A stretch of 64,000 bases of DNA from a virus (IMGVR_UViG_3300018063_000012:1-64000), one strand, 5' to 3'; positions 39,103 through 49,922 are shown, numbered from the stretch's first letter. Notes: generated by a model not told the origin, from the sequence alone. Program-made: numbers and translations.

Positions 39103-39723
39103 ATGAAATTTGAAAAGTTGATATTACCATTTGCACCTGATGTATATTGGACTCGGGGATACTCTCACGCTATATCGAAACTTTCCGATAAGATTTCCTG
39201 TAGTGATTCGCAAGCAGAGTTACTATACAATCTGGCGTTACAATTACCTTTTCGTTCAGTGATAGTCGCACTGGGTATATGGACTGGAAAGTCGACTATT
39301 GCAATGGGAGAAGCTGCCAAAGAAAAAAGCCATCGCATATATGCAGTTGACCATTTTATGGGGAGTCCCTCTGATGAGACTAAAGACTTGTCCCAACAGA
39401 GAGATATTGCTTCCGAATTTCAGGCCAATGTTGATAAATTTGGACTAGGACATTGGATTAGTACTATTCATTTTCCCTTTAATGAACTACTCTCTTGTTG
39501 GACAATTCCGATTGATTTAATTTTTATCGATGGAGACCACGAGTATGCCAGTGTAAATAATGATATAAATGGATGGGCGGGATGGGTTAAAGTAGGCGGG
39601 ATAATAGCGGGACACGACTACGATATTCCGGGAGTAGAGCAAGCAGTTAAAGAAAGTTTCTCAGAGTTTACGGTAGAAGATAATATCTGGATTGCTAAAC
39701 GAGTGTATGACCAAAAGGTATGA
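39103..39723 (+). CDS. SAM-dependent methyltransferase (type 24-like)
   Basis: LG.W.GKST, AVDHF.G, IDLIFIDGDHEY..V..D, GGIIAGHDY. Confidence 0.88.
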   Translation: MKFEKLILPFAPDVYWTRGYSHAISKLSDKISCSDSQAELLYNLALQLPFRSVIVALGIWTGKSTIAMGEAAKEKSHRIYAVDHFMGSPSDETKDLSQQRDIASEFQANVDKFGLGHWISTIHFPFNELLSCWTIPIDLIFIDGDHEYASVNNDINGWAGWVKVGGIIAGHDYDIPGVEQAVKESFSEFTVEDNIWIAKRVYDQKV

Positions 39724-40430
39724 TGTATAATTTTTCAGTAGTGATTCCAACATATAATAGACCACACACTTTACTTCGAGCGATAGGTTCGGTATTATCC
39801 TGCGATAAACCACCAGACTCCGAGATTGAAGTGATTGTAGTTAATGATGGCGGAAACTGGGTAGATATCGGAGGTATGACTAAAGGAAATGTAACTATTA
39901 TTAATTCCCTTTCTAATATTGGAATATCAGCCGCACGGAATGTTGGGGTGCAAGAAGCTAAACATTCGTGGATTTGTGTATTGGACGATGATGACTGGTA
40001 TCAACCAAACTATTTTAAGTTGTTAAAGAAAGCAATTATCGAACAAAGTGATAAAGAATTTTTCTATACAGCCTTCTGGGACTGGAACTGCGGAGATGAG
40101 ATATACTGTTATTTTAGACAAGCACAGTCCTTTCAGCCAGAGAAATTATCAAGAGCGATATATCGAAAGGATTTTATAGGCGCATCAACGATGAGTTTTA
40201 CTAAACATGCGTGGCAGAGCGTAGGCGGATTTGATGCGGACTTACGATGCAACGAAGATTGGGACTATAAGATTAAAATGTGTAAGATGTTCGGGGCTGG
40301 AATTGTAGAGACAGCAGTAGTGAATATTACTACTCATGAAAATGGGATATATAAACAGTGTGTGAAGTCTGGTCTGGCAAAGCAGACAGAGCGCATTGTG
40401 AAAGAAAGATATAAGGAATTGGCAGAATGA
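39720..40430 (+). CDS. Glycosyltransferase GT2
   Basis: SVVIPTYNR, VVNDG, G.SAARN.G, LDDDD, EDWD. Confidence 0.92.
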   Translation: MMYNFSVVIPTYNRPHTLLRAIGSVLSCDKPPDSEIEVIVVNDGGNWVDIGGMTKGNVTIINSLSNIGISAARNVGVQEAKHSWICVLDDDDWYQPNYFKLLKKAIIEQSDKEFFYTAFWDWNCGDEIYCYFRQAQSFQPEKLSRAIYRKDFIGASTMSFTKHAWQSVGGFDADLRCNEDWDYKIKMCKMFGAGIVETAVVNITTHENGIYKQCVKSGLAKQTERIVKERYKELAE

Positions 40431-41176
40431 CTACGATTATAATATGTGTATTCGGTAGGTCAGAACTAACTCGAAAGTCCCTGCAATCACTGATTGATAA
40501 TACCGATGGATCCAGATATCGTCTGATTATAGTAGATAATGGTTCTGGTCCTCAGACACAACAAGTTTTACGAGACTTTCAAAACCGTATCAATTTATTG
40601 ATCCTGTCCAGCCAGAATCACGGGAAACCATATGCGTGGAATCTGGGATTCCAAGCGGCAGAGACTAATTGTATTTTTCATTCAATATCGCCATCCGAGA
40701 TTTATGTGTTTGCAGATAACGATGTCGACTACAAAAAAGATTGGCTAAATAAGATGGAGAGAGTATATGAAAGACTAAGACAGAGGAAAGAAAAAATTGG
40801 GATAATGTCAGGATTCGCATCACGGGGTGCCAAGATATTACGAGAAGAATTACTGCATTTTACTAAGGATGGACAGTCGTTGATTGATGATGCCAGCAAT
40901 ATACTGGCCCCAACGACTGATAGGATAGAGACTATAAAAGTGCAAATGGTAAAGTATCCGGCCGGATGTAACTTTATGATTGGCCGAGACATACTACTAA
41001 ATGAAGGACTGTTTAATACTGATAGACTAATTCGAGCCGTGGATACGGAGTATGCTAAATTCCTGACCTTGAAAGGGTATAGGCATTTTATAGTGCCAGG
41101 AATGGTTAATCATCTGGGAGAACATCAACGCACTTGGAAGATAGGTGCCCAGAATGAAGTGACTTTATATAACTGA
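40427..41176 (+). CDS. Glycosyltransferase GT2
   Basis: IIVDNGS, N.G...AWN.G, DNDV....WL. Confidence 0.88.
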   Translation: MTTIIICVFGRSELTRKSLQSLIDNTDGSRYRLIIVDNGSGPQTQQVLRDFQNRINLLILSSQNHGKPYAWNLGFQAAETNCIFHSISPSEIYVFADNDVDYKKDWLNKMERVYERLRQRKEKIGIMSGFASRGAKILREELLHFTKDGQSLIDDASNILAPTTDRIETIKVQMVKYPAGCNFMIGRDILLNEGLFNTDRLIRAVDTEYAKFLTLKGYRHFIVPGMVNHLGEHQRTWKIGAQNEVTLYN

Positions 41177-41228
41177 AGATTCTCAAATAGACGATAACTT
41201 ATTGTATAAGAAAGGAATGGGGTAGAGT

Positions 41229-41408
41229 ATGGGTAAGACTTTTAAAGACCGTAAGGAGTTTAAGAAAAAAGTAAAACAAAAGGAGACTAACGAGAGGGAT
41301 AAAAAACCAAGCCGATTCGATTGGCGCAGAGTAGTATCTGATGAAGACAGTATAGATTTAGACGATGTTGACGATAACCAGATAAACGAAGGAGATTCAA
41401 ATGCATGA
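41229..41408 (+). CDS. Small bipolar (basic N-terminus, acidic C-terminus) protein, 59 aa (not in ORF track)
   Basis: MGKTFKDRKEFKKK...DEDSIDLDDVDD. Confidence 0.5.
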   Translation: MGKTFKDRKEFKKKVKQKETNERDKKPSRFDWRRVVSDEDSIDLDDVDDNQINEGDSNA

Positions 41409-41617
41409 ACCGAAAGAACCAATCCAGAAATTAATAGTAGAGGAAGTGGGCGACTCAAATATGGAAAACCGTAAATTTAAGGTGCTCTCCTGCACTAACT
41501 ACTTTCCTCCTCAAGAGATATTCACATTGCAGGAACTGAAAGACATATTTTCTAATGGTGTCCAATTGCAGATGAAGTATAGGAATTCTAAAGGGCTGAT
41601 ATAAGAACGGAGGCTGT

Positions 41618-42439
41618 ATGTTTAGAAAGTTAGCGAGAGTCATAGGACTATTTGCCTTGTTGTGCTTAGGGTGCGCGAATACATCCTGCGATACTTTTAA
41701 AGAACGGATAACGATGAAAAATCCGGATATTAAAAAAGTATACGTTGTTCACATCACGGGTAGAATATCAACAGAATGGATTCGTAGAGCAGACAGTGCT
41801 TTACGAATAGCTAATGGGGATCCCGTAATTTTCCATATTAACTCGCCGGGCGGCGGAGCATCAGAGAGCTTCCTGACAGAACACGGACTTTCACTGTTAA
41901 GGAAGAAGTATATGTCGCCAGTATATGTGTACTCAGATTACGGAATTTACTCCGGAGGATATCTAGCGGCACTTCCACTGGGCAAGATAGTTATCGCACC
42001 GGCCGGTGGGGTAGGATCCATTGGTGTAATTAGTGAGGTTGATATAATCGTAAAGTCAGATTCTATGCGGGGAATTAAACGTATTCTATTTCGTTCAGGT
42101 AAGATGAAATGGGTAGAAGCTGGGTATTATGAATTGACACCCGAACAGACTAAGTACCTACAGAGTATCGTCGATAATGTGTACTCAATGTTTATAGATA
42201 GGATTATTGTGAATCGTCACGACGCTGTCTTTAGAGCAGTGGCTAACAGATTACATAAACAACCATCAATTGCACAAGTAGACTCTGTATTACGAGTTGT
42301 TTGTGATGGACGGGAATACGCACCAACCCAAGCACTTGCACTTGGACTAATAGACGGGGTTGCATATTTTGACGAGTTGTTAGAAGTAGTCAAGTATGAG
42401 AATATAATTCCGAGTGCAATGGTAGTCGATATTTATTAG
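41618..42439 (+). CDS. S49 (SppA-like) serine peptidase with lipoprotein-like signal
   Basis: INSPGG, SGGY, VGSIGV, SG..K, A..LGLIDG; N-terminal LLCLGC. Confidence 0.85.
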   Translation: MFRKLARVIGLFALLCLGCANTSCDTFKERITMKNPDIKKVYVVHITGRISTEWIRRADSALRIANGDPVIFHINSPGGGASESFLTEHGLSLLRKKYMSPVYVYSDYGIYSGGYLAALPLGKIVIAPAGGVGSIGVISEVDIIVKSDSMRGIKRILFRSGKMKWVEAGYYELTPEQTKYLQSIVDNVYSMFIDRIIVNRHDAVFRAVANRLHKQPSIAQVDSVLRVVCDGREYAPTQALALGLIDGVAYFDELLEVVKYENIIPSAMVVDIY

Positions 42440-42452
42440 AAAGGGCGAGGAT

Positions 42453-43313
42453 ATGTCTATTTGGATTCTTTACCACAGAAACTGCCCGGACGGTTTTACA
42501 GCCGCTTGGGTTGCTAAAAAGGCACTTAAGACAGAGGACGATTTCGGATTTGTAAAATTTAAAGCTATGTCTTATGGTGATGATGTCCCTTCACAGATAG
42601 AAGATGGGGATAGGGTGTATATACTGGATTTTTCATTCGCCAGAGATGTGATTGATAAATTAGCTAAACGTTGTAGTGTTAAGATTTTAGACCATCATCA
42701 AACATCAGAGAAGATACTTAAAGGACTGCCATATGCATTTTTTGATTCTAAAAAATCAGGAGCAATGATGACTTGGGATTACTTTTTCCCCGGAACTGAA
42801 CCACCTCAGATTGTTAAGTATGCACAAGATAGAGATCTGTGGACTTGGGAGTTGAATGAGAGTAGAGCGATATCGGCCGCGATGCGCCTGTATGATTATG
42901 AGTTCGCTAAGTGGGATACTATTCACTGGAAGTTAAATAACGACTTTAGTGGAATGGTGCGAGATGGAGAAGTGGCACTTTTGCTAACACATCAAACCGT
43001 ATCAATGATGATTAAGAATTGTCTTTGGGCGAAGATTGGAGATTATATGGTGCCAGCAGTAAACTCAGCCTGCTTTATGAGTGAGGTGGGTAATCGACTT
43101 TTAGATGAATATCCGGATGCACCCTTCTCAGCATACTTTTTTCTGACCGGTAAGGGACAGGAACACTGGGGCTTGCGAGCGGACGGGAAAGTAAACGTTG
43201 CACAGGTGGCGGAGAGATATGGGGGCGGTGGACATAAGAACGCGGCCGCATTTATAGTTGGGTGTAATACGATTGATGTGTATTCGTCCGAAGAGATGCA
43301 AGAGTTTGCATAG
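42453..43313 (+). CDS. DHH-family phosphoesterase
   Basis: YH.NC.DG, ILDF, DHH, SGA, DRDLW, GGGGH.NAA.F. Confidence 0.9.
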   Translation: MSIWILYHRNCPDGFTAAWVAKKALKTEDDFGFVKFKAMSYGDDVPSQIEDGDRVYILDFSFARDVIDKLAKRCSVKILDHHQTSEKILKGLPYAFFDSKKSGAMMTWDYFFPGTEPPQIVKYAQDRDLWTWELNESRAISAAMRLYDYEFAKWDTIHWKLNNDFSGMVRDGEVALLLTHQTVSMMIKNCLWAKIGDYMVPAVNSACFMSEVGNRLLDEYPDAPFSAYFFLTGKGQEHWGLRADGKVNVAQVAERYGGGGHKNAAAFIVGCNTIDVYSSEEMQEFA

Positions 43314-43322
43314 TAAGTAGGG

Positions 43323-43354
43323 ATTGCAATTTGCATAAAATATTGCAATTTGCA
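43323..43354. promoter_or_regulatory. Tandem ATTGCAATTTGCA operator/enhancer-like sites
   Basis: Two exact 13-nt copies at 43323 and 43342. Confidence 0.55.
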
Positions 43355-43407
43355 AAGGGTTTAGTTTTCGATGGCGTGTAAGTCATTGCCCCGGTGATGG
43401 GCAGAAC

Positions 43408-43423
43408 TGGCACGCCATCTGCA
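43408..43423 (+). promoter_or_regulatory. sigma54-type -24/-12 promoter
   Basis: TGGCACG-ccat-CTGCA upstream of SD and ORF. Confidence 0.6.
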
Positions 43424-43452
43424 TTCTGTAAGGGGTGAAAGGAAGGTGTCAA

Positions 43453-43650
43453 ATGAAAGAGCTGACTATAGAAGAAATCGTCGAGATTGACGTCATACTT
43501 AAAGAAAAGAAAATGGCTGACTTTCTGGACGAGGAGTTCCGGATCCGGATTTCACCGGAAATGGCAATGAGGATTGGGATTGATACTGCCAGGGCAATCT
43601 ATATGCAGGGTGTATGGGCTGGGGTCCGGGTGGCCAAAAGGATGAAATAA
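43453..43650 (+). CDS. Hypothetical protein
   Basis: SD gaaaggaagg before MKELT. Confidence 0.55.
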   Translation: MKELTIEEIVEIDVILKEKKMADFLDEEFRIRISPEMAMRIGIDTARAIYMQGVWAGVRVAKRMK

Positions 43651-43751
43651 CAAATAAAGAAAAATTGGATTCAGGCAATAAAGTATGGGAATAATCGCAT
43701 AGTTTTTGCACAGTCATAGGTGTAACTTGTTGTGTCCCTTAGGGCAGTGAT

Positions 43752-43767
43752 TGGCACGGGTATTGCA
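43752..43767 (+). promoter_or_regulatory. sigma54-type -24/-12 promoter
   Basis: TGGCACG-ggta-TTGCA, exact consensus, ~30 nt upstream of ATG 43798. Confidence 0.7.
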
Positions 43768-43797
43768 GTAGTATAGGGTAGAGAAAGGAAGGTTGAT

Positions 43798-44334
43798 ATG
43801 GCAGGCATAACAGAAAAGCAATGCAGTCCAAATACCGGATGTGGGCAGACCAAGCCCATTAGCGCATTCTTCCGGTCATCCAAAAGTCCGGACGGGTGGT
43901 ATTATAAATGCACGGCGTGTCATAAGGCCGGTGTCGGTAGCCGTGGTCCGCGGAAGGCAAAGGCCAAGATTCAAAAGGTGAAACTGGAAGGGCTGTCTGG
44001 ATTGCAGAAACAGATTGCTACGGAATTGGTGGAAGGTACTAAAGATTACGGGATCCCACCGATGCCTACGGAGTGGACGTTAGAAACCATTCAGAGGTAT
44101 GTGCGTAATCTGATGATTCAGGAAAGGGCGCAGGGTGGTGCATTTCATCCGTTTACTAAACTGTCCATGATCGAGTGGAAAAAACGGCTGGTAGATAAGG
44201 TCGGCAAGGATGAGGCCGACAAGTTTATCAGCGAGGTGCAGGCTGGGCTGGAAGTGGCACAGGAACCAGTACCGGTAGTCGTTAGTCCAGTGGTGGGCAA
44301 GCACTCAGTAAAACGTAAAGGATTTAAACAGTAA
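43798..44334 (+). CDS. Zn-finger-containing hypothetical protein
   Basis: KQC....C...K....F......DG...CTAC. Confidence 0.6.
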   Translation: MAGITEKQCSPNTGCGQTKPISAFFRSSKSPDGWYYKCTACHKAGVGSRGPRKAKAKIQKVKLEGLSGLQKQIATELVEGTKDYGIPPMPTEWTLETIQRYVRNLMIQERAQGGAFHPFTKLSMIEWKKRLVDKVGKDEADKFISEVQAGLEVAQEPVPVVVSPVVGKHSVKRKGFKQ

Positions 44335-44354
44335 ACCAGAAAGGGTGGACTGAA

Positions 44355-44754
44355 ATGAAACCGTGGACAAAAGAAGACTTCGATCGGGCCGGGTATAACG
44401 AAGGTACGCCAGTTGTAGTGCATCCAGAGAACGTGATTGTGGTACCCGAACCAGTTCTGGAAGGACAGGACTTGGTGCAGGGGGCAGTCGAAGTGTCGTT
44501 TGAGGATTTTGAACTGGAAGGTCGTAAGATGCAGTGGCGCGTAGAAAGGCACAGGTATTAAGATGAAAAAAGAACGGCAGTGGAAGACGTATAGGATTAC
44601 GATTGAAGAGCAACTGAATCAGGTCAGTAAGACTGGCTGGCGGGTCCGGGCAAAACGATATGTATATACTAATGGGGGGTGGGTATCAGCAATTTATGAG
44701 GCATTCACCCTAACTAAGTATATTCTCTTAGACCAACTCAAAAAGAAAGGATGA
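44355..44754 (+). CDS. Two small hypothetical ORFs (44355-44561, 44563-44754)
   Basis: SD-led coupled ORFs. Confidence 0.5.
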
Positions 44755-44758
44755 CTGA

Positions 44759-46315
44759 ATGGGTATGAGAAAGGCAGGGATAGGCGACGTGAAAACGATG
44801 CAAGGTGCCGCACAGTCGCTTCTCACAGGTATCAAGCAGAAGATGGGCATCTTAACTACGTGCAAGCATAATTCAGTTAATTGGGTAATCACAACGGAAA
44901 GAGTCATCTGCGTGGACTGTGAACGGTCGATGCAGAGGGCATATAAGATGTGCCTAAATGTTGCTAAGCTTCTTTGGGTCCTTTTATTTTTGGTGAGTGG
45001 ATGCACCAAACGGATTACTAACGTGATGTGTAATCCACAGGAAGTGTTCACGGTTGTAGCCTCACTGCCATCCGATTCATTGACGGATGCGGCACCGGGA
45101 CTTCAGACCGCAATCAATTCCTTGCCAGCGACTGGTGGTGAAGTTCGGATTGAAGATGGGGTGCATTTAATTGCCAGCAACTGGTCAGTGAATAAATCCA
45201 ATGTATCACTACGTGGAACCAGTATGTTTACTTGCGTACTGAAAGTAGCGGATAGCTCTAATCTGAATGCTGTCAATATTGCGAATCACAACCGGAACAT
45301 TGAGCTCAGTGAGTTTCAAATAAATGGTAATAAAAATACACAATCAAGTATCTGGTGTGTAGGTGTGAATGCAAACGGTAACGATATTTATGGTGTCAAG
45401 ACCAAATATTTGTGGATTAGGAATACTAAAAACGCAGGTATTATCTTCGCTAATGGTGCATCAGATGGGGAAGTGTATCGGTGTAGGATTGATTCAACTG
45501 GACCGACTGGGAATACAAGCGTAAATACAGGTTTTGGTGTTCACATTATATCCGGATGTAAGAATATCTGGGTGCAGGAAAATACATTTACTGGCACATC
45601 AGCTACGGCCTGCGTGAGGGTGAATAATGGGTGCAGAGTAATTCGCATTCTGGATAATGGATTTTATAATAATGACCATTCAGGATACGCAGACCGTCGG
45701 GCAGTATTTGTGGATGGCCCCTTAACACGTTGCTGGGATGTGATTGTGTCAGGTTCCAAGATTAAAGGGATGGACGAGAATGGTCTCTTCTTGAATGATA
45801 TCGATGGGCTGACTGCAGATGATAACGATATAGATAGTACCGGGTATAACGGTATAGAAGTGAATGGTTCTACAGATATAAAGTTGCGCCGCAATGATAT
45901 GAACAGGTGTCGTGGGGAAGGAATGTCCTTGAACCAGAATAAGGGCGCACTGTTAGAACAGAATACGAACATCAACTGCGGCAAGCGCGGGATCCACGTG
46001 TACGCGGCAGGGAATGATTCAACAACGGATATCGTACTGAACGATAATCATTGTTATAGTAATAGCGACAGCATACTGAACACATGGCACGGGATTGAGA
46101 TTGGTGTGTCATATCCGGCCATAGCGCGTCGAATAACGGCAACTAATAATGATTGCGTAGACCAGGGGATTGTGAAGTCCCAGAAGTATGGGATGCAGAT
46201 TACGAACGACGTTGATTACTATATACTGAAGGATAATATCCTGAATCCGAATGCGACGGGTGGGTTGAATGACGGTGGTTACGGAACGCATAAAACGGTT
46301 GAGGGGAATCAGTAA
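44759..46315 (+). CDS. Right-handed parallel beta-helix protein (pectate-lyase/depolymerase-like), probable lipoprotein
   Basis: D....LQTAINSLPATGG.V.I..G, I.GNK, many N..I..N..GI repeats; hydrophobic LLWVLLFLVSG-C after Met at 44948. Confidence 0.75.
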   Translation: MGMRKAGIGDVKTMQGAAQSLLTGIKQKMGILTTCKHNSVNWVITTERVICVDCERSMQRAYKMCLNVAKLLWVLLFLVSGCTKRITNVMCNPQEVFTVVASLPSDSLTDAAPGLQTAINSLPATGGEVRIEDGVHLIASNWSVNKSNVSLRGTSMFTCVLKVADSSNLNAVNIANHNRNIELSEFQINGNKNTQSSIWCVGVNANGNDIYGVKTKYLWIRNTKNAGIIFANGASDGEVYRCRIDSTGPTGNTSVNTGFGVHIISGCKNIWVQENTFTGTSATACVRVNNGCRVIRILDNGFYNNDHSGYADRRAVFVDGPLTRCWDVIVSGSKIKGMDENGLFLNDIDGLTADDNDIDSTGYNGIEVNGSTDIKLRRNDMNRCRGEGMSLNQNKGALLEQNTNINCGKRGIHVYAAGNDSTTDIVLNDNHCYSNSDSILNTWHGIEIGVSYPAIARRITATNNDCVDQGIVKSQKYGMQITNDVDYYILKDNILNPNATGGLNDGGYGTHKTVEGNQ

Positions 46316-46487
46316 TGACTCAGGCACAGGCACTGCAGAAGTTAGAAGATATGTCGGACGAGGACTTTATGTCATTCCTAAATAATCTTCCTATGAGGGT
46401 TCAGTTGTGTGTTAAAGGTGGATTGGTGGACTGGAGAGAGGTCTTACCAGGATGGTATATCAAACAAAGAAAGGAAGGTAAAGTAAA

Positions 46488-49077
46488 ATGAAACTGATTT
46501 ATGAATGCGGAGATAAGGTTAAGATTGAAAAGAATCATTCGCACTGGGCCGGTCGAGAGGGGTATATTACCCAGATTTTACAGAGAGCCGGAAATGAAAC
46601 CGAATATTCTGTAAAATTGGATGATGTTATTCTAAAGTTGACATTCTACAAATGGGACTTTGAAAATGATAGTCCGAACAGAGGGGGATATCAGGCGAAG
46701 TTTTACCACATTGATGTGTACCGGTGTATTCGGACTGAACTGAAATCCTCTAAATATCTTCTGGACTCCATCTTCTTGAATAAGAAGCTGGAAGCCACCA
46801 GTGAGCGCGCAGAAAACTCGATTGAATTCCGGGTGAATAACAGTATCTACGGAATTGAATTCGAAGAAGTGAAGTAGTATGTCAGAACAGAAAAACATAA
46901 ATATGTTGGCGAATGCACTCGGTAAAATACGAGAGGCCTGTGCCGAGCTTGAGAAATTAGCTAAGACGGACTTTCAATTGATTGATGTATCACTGACTGA
47001 GACATATGAAGTGACTAATGCACTATCATATTGTGTTGCAGTTTTACGTAGGGATAGGGTAACGATTACACCCGGCACACTCGGTAACACATTTATTAGA
47101 CCAGAAAAGAAAGCACCAGAAGATAAGACAAAGGTTTACGGTGGTCCGGCTTGGGTGAAGGGTCAACACTATCGCGCCATAGTTCGGGTGAGATTCGATA
47201 AACAGGCAGTAGACGCACTTAAACCATATCAAGTACGAGCATACTACTTTAAGAAGTATTATGCAAAGACCGGTAATGAAAAGGAACTGGAAATTGCTAA
47301 AGAGATTGGACAAGTGTACGTGTCAAAGTATACCCATAGCGGAGAAGGGGATTATATAAAAGTGCAAGTAGTTGATACAGACCCGGCTTGGCAGAGCGGA
47401 CAAGAACCATATACGGAAGGTGATTCGAAATGAACGGTAGATGTGGCTGGTGTTATGCAGATGAAGAAGATGTGCGGATGGTGCAGTTGACTCATAGCAC
47501 ACGGTCAGGCATCTGGCAGGAACATAAACCGGTAGGCAAGGACTGTCGTGTGCATCTACGTGGATTTTTTCGCTATGTGAGAAAGGTAAAAGTGACCAAA
47601 TGAAAAAGGTAAGAGAATGTCCGGGATGTCATCAGCCATCGCGGCGTATGATGACTCATTCACCAAGAGGCGAAAAATTGCAGTGCAAGATATGCTCTAA
47701 ATGCTGGTGCAAGGTTTATAATGTACCAGCACACTATAAGATAGCAGGTCAATCTAAAGCGATGCTGAAACTAGAAGGCATCTCGAAAGGATAAGATATG
47801 CGTAGGTGGTGGATGATACAGGTACTTGACCATATTGGATTTAAGAAGTACGTAACCAATCTGGTGAAGCGAACTAACTGTTATGAAGTTGGATTCAGTG
47901 GCCACGGGAAATCCGGACTGGATGACATACTAATTAAAGAACATCAACTGAAACCACTGAATAAATTCGAGAAGTGGCTGATGGCGAGATATATTATTGA
48001 GATTAAAAAGTTCCACGCTAAAGTATGGCAGGAAGTATGCTTAGAAGTACTTGGCGAGGATCCGGAGGATTGGTATTAAAATGGAAGTCGGACGTGTCGA
48101 GATACGAATTGAACCAAATGTCAGCAAGACTAAACTGAAGTTTATACTGACCATCTACGAAGGCAAGATAGACGTTTCATATGAATCCGGAGTTCACCAT
48201 AAGCGAATACTGCTAACTGGACAGCATATCATCTACGAGGGTGCAGAGAGCCAACAATGGGTAGAGTACTGGTAGAGATTGCTAAATTAATTAGGGAGAG
48301 TTAAGATGGAGACTAATCAGGGTATGGCGATAGCGGTTGATATGGCAAAGAAGAAAGGATTGATGCGGGTCCGTAGAGAGACATTGATTGGATTTAAGAG
48401 ATGGTTAAAGAGTAAAATGACTACTGTTATAGCCGATACGCAATCAACAGAATTGAAGTTTGACTATGAAGATGTGTTACTGATTGTAGACTTCGCACTG
48501 GAACAATCGAAAGATATCAAGCAATATAGAAAGGCACTAGAAGAGAATCTTTACTTGTTTAAAAATAGTTGCGGATTCTTTGGACGAGGTGCCAGCAGAG
48601 AAAGGGCGGAGAGAATTTGCAAAGTTTTATATGGTCACGAGGATGTTGGGATGATAAAATGGGGGAAGAATTAGAGTTAGTAGATTCCACTATTCGGTAA
48701 TCACTAAACGGGTGACTGTAGACCTAAAGAGAGACGATAGGAAGATGATAAAGATACTAAAAGTTGAGGATGGCACCGAAATGAAAGAAACTGAAGTGAA
48801 GGGTGTCCTGACTAACTATCAGATACTTTTGGTGCAGAAACAACTCCAGAAAATAGTTGACTGCGAAGGCGGCGAGTTTGAGAAAGGGTGGGATACTGTA
48901 ACTCTGGTACTGAAAATGGTCGGCGGGATCCCGTTTGATTGCTGGTGTCCAGACTGTATGAAAAAGTTGGCAAATGTCAATGACTTAATTCAGAGACTTA
49001 TGGCGCTTAATGTTAAGTCGAGAGAAAAACTACTTGCGAAATTCTCCCTGAAAGTTTTGGTTCCAACTAATGGATAA
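46488..49077 (+). CDS. Run of small hypothetical accessory ORFs (46488, 46879, 47600, 47798, ~48081, 48306, ~48745)
   Basis: Coupled SD-led ORFs; 46488 has a KOW/SH3-like start (GDKVKI...GR.G.I). Confidence 0.5.
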
Positions 49078-49156
49078 GACTTCTTCTTATAAGTCTATGT
49101 GCCATAAAGATTATTCTGTATCATTATTCTGTATGATAGAACGGGAGGGTGACTAA

Positions 49157-49396
49157 ATGGCTTGGAGTGAAGCGGCAAGAGCCGCATCGGCGGCAGTTAG
49201 ACGACAACGTGGTAAGAAGATTACACCCATGCGACGGAAAGAGCCAGCATATGCTCGAGTAAGCAGGGTGCTGAGAAAGTTGCATCGGGAAAAAACGAAA
49301 GCGGACATCCCTTATCCCAATGCAAAAGAAACAAGTCGATTTAGAACTTTGCAAAAAAGGATTCGTAAAGTTAAGAGTTATACAGTCAAAAGGTAA
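49157..49396 (+). CDS. Basic MAW-tag family protein, array member 1
   Basis: MAWSEAARAASAAVRRQRGKKITP. Confidence 0.8.
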   Translation: MAWSEAARAASAAVRRQRGKKITPMRRKEPAYARVSRVLRKLHREKTKADIPYPNAKETSRFRTLQKRIRKVKSYTVKR

Positions 49397-49398
49397 AG

Positions 49399-49632
49399 AT
49401 GGCTTGGTCAGATGCGGCACGAGCCGCCAGCGCTCAAGTTAGACGTCAGCGGGGTAAGAAGATTATACCAAAAAGACAAATAAAGAGATCGCTAACTAAA
49501 AGGTATACTCCAGTTCAATTGGAACGCATTAAAGCTGGTCGCCCCCATAAGGGTCGTGAAGGTGGGCTAACAAGACGAGAACATAAAAAAGGTATTAATA
49601 GATATGTTCAAATTATGCGAGGACAAAGATAA
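49399..49632 (+). CDS. Basic MAW-tag family protein, array member 2
   Basis: MAWSDAARAASAQVRRQRGKK...RGQR. Confidence 0.8.
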   Translation: MAWSDAARAASAQVRRQRGKKIIPKRQIKRSLTKRYTPVQLERIKAGRPHKGREGGLTRREHKKGINRYVQIMRGQR

Positions 49633-49922
49633 TGGCCTGGAGTGATGAAGCGAGAGCGGCGGCGTTAGCTAAAAGAAAGGCGAGTCCTAAAAATCGTCAG
49701 AGTAATAGGAAACGGGTGCTAAGTCCATATGGGAATATGAAACGTAAACAGACAGCAGGAATTCTATTCAAACGCAAACAAGCGTATCAAGTAGTGCAAG
49801 GGTTAAAGAAACAATTCACTAAAGCTTTAAAGACGGGTAATGAAGCCCGCGTAAGGACATTACGTAAAAGATATCAACGAGTGAAAGATACTGGATTTTA
49901 TATTAGTCGGGGAGGCAGATAA
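49632..49922 (+). CDS. Basic MAW-tag family protein, array member 3
   Basis: MAWSDEARAAALAKRK...RGGR. Confidence 0.8.
   Translation: MAWSDEARAAALAKRKASPKNRQSNRKRVLSPYGNMKRKQTAGILFKRKQAYQVVQGLKKQFTKALKTGNEARVRTLRKRYQRVKDTGFYISRGGR

Noticed and set aside
41618-42439. Prohead maturation protease call for the S49 peptidase
   Set aside because: It has a signal/lipobox N-terminus and is distant from scaffold and MCP; kept as an envelope peptidase, though a head role is not excluded.
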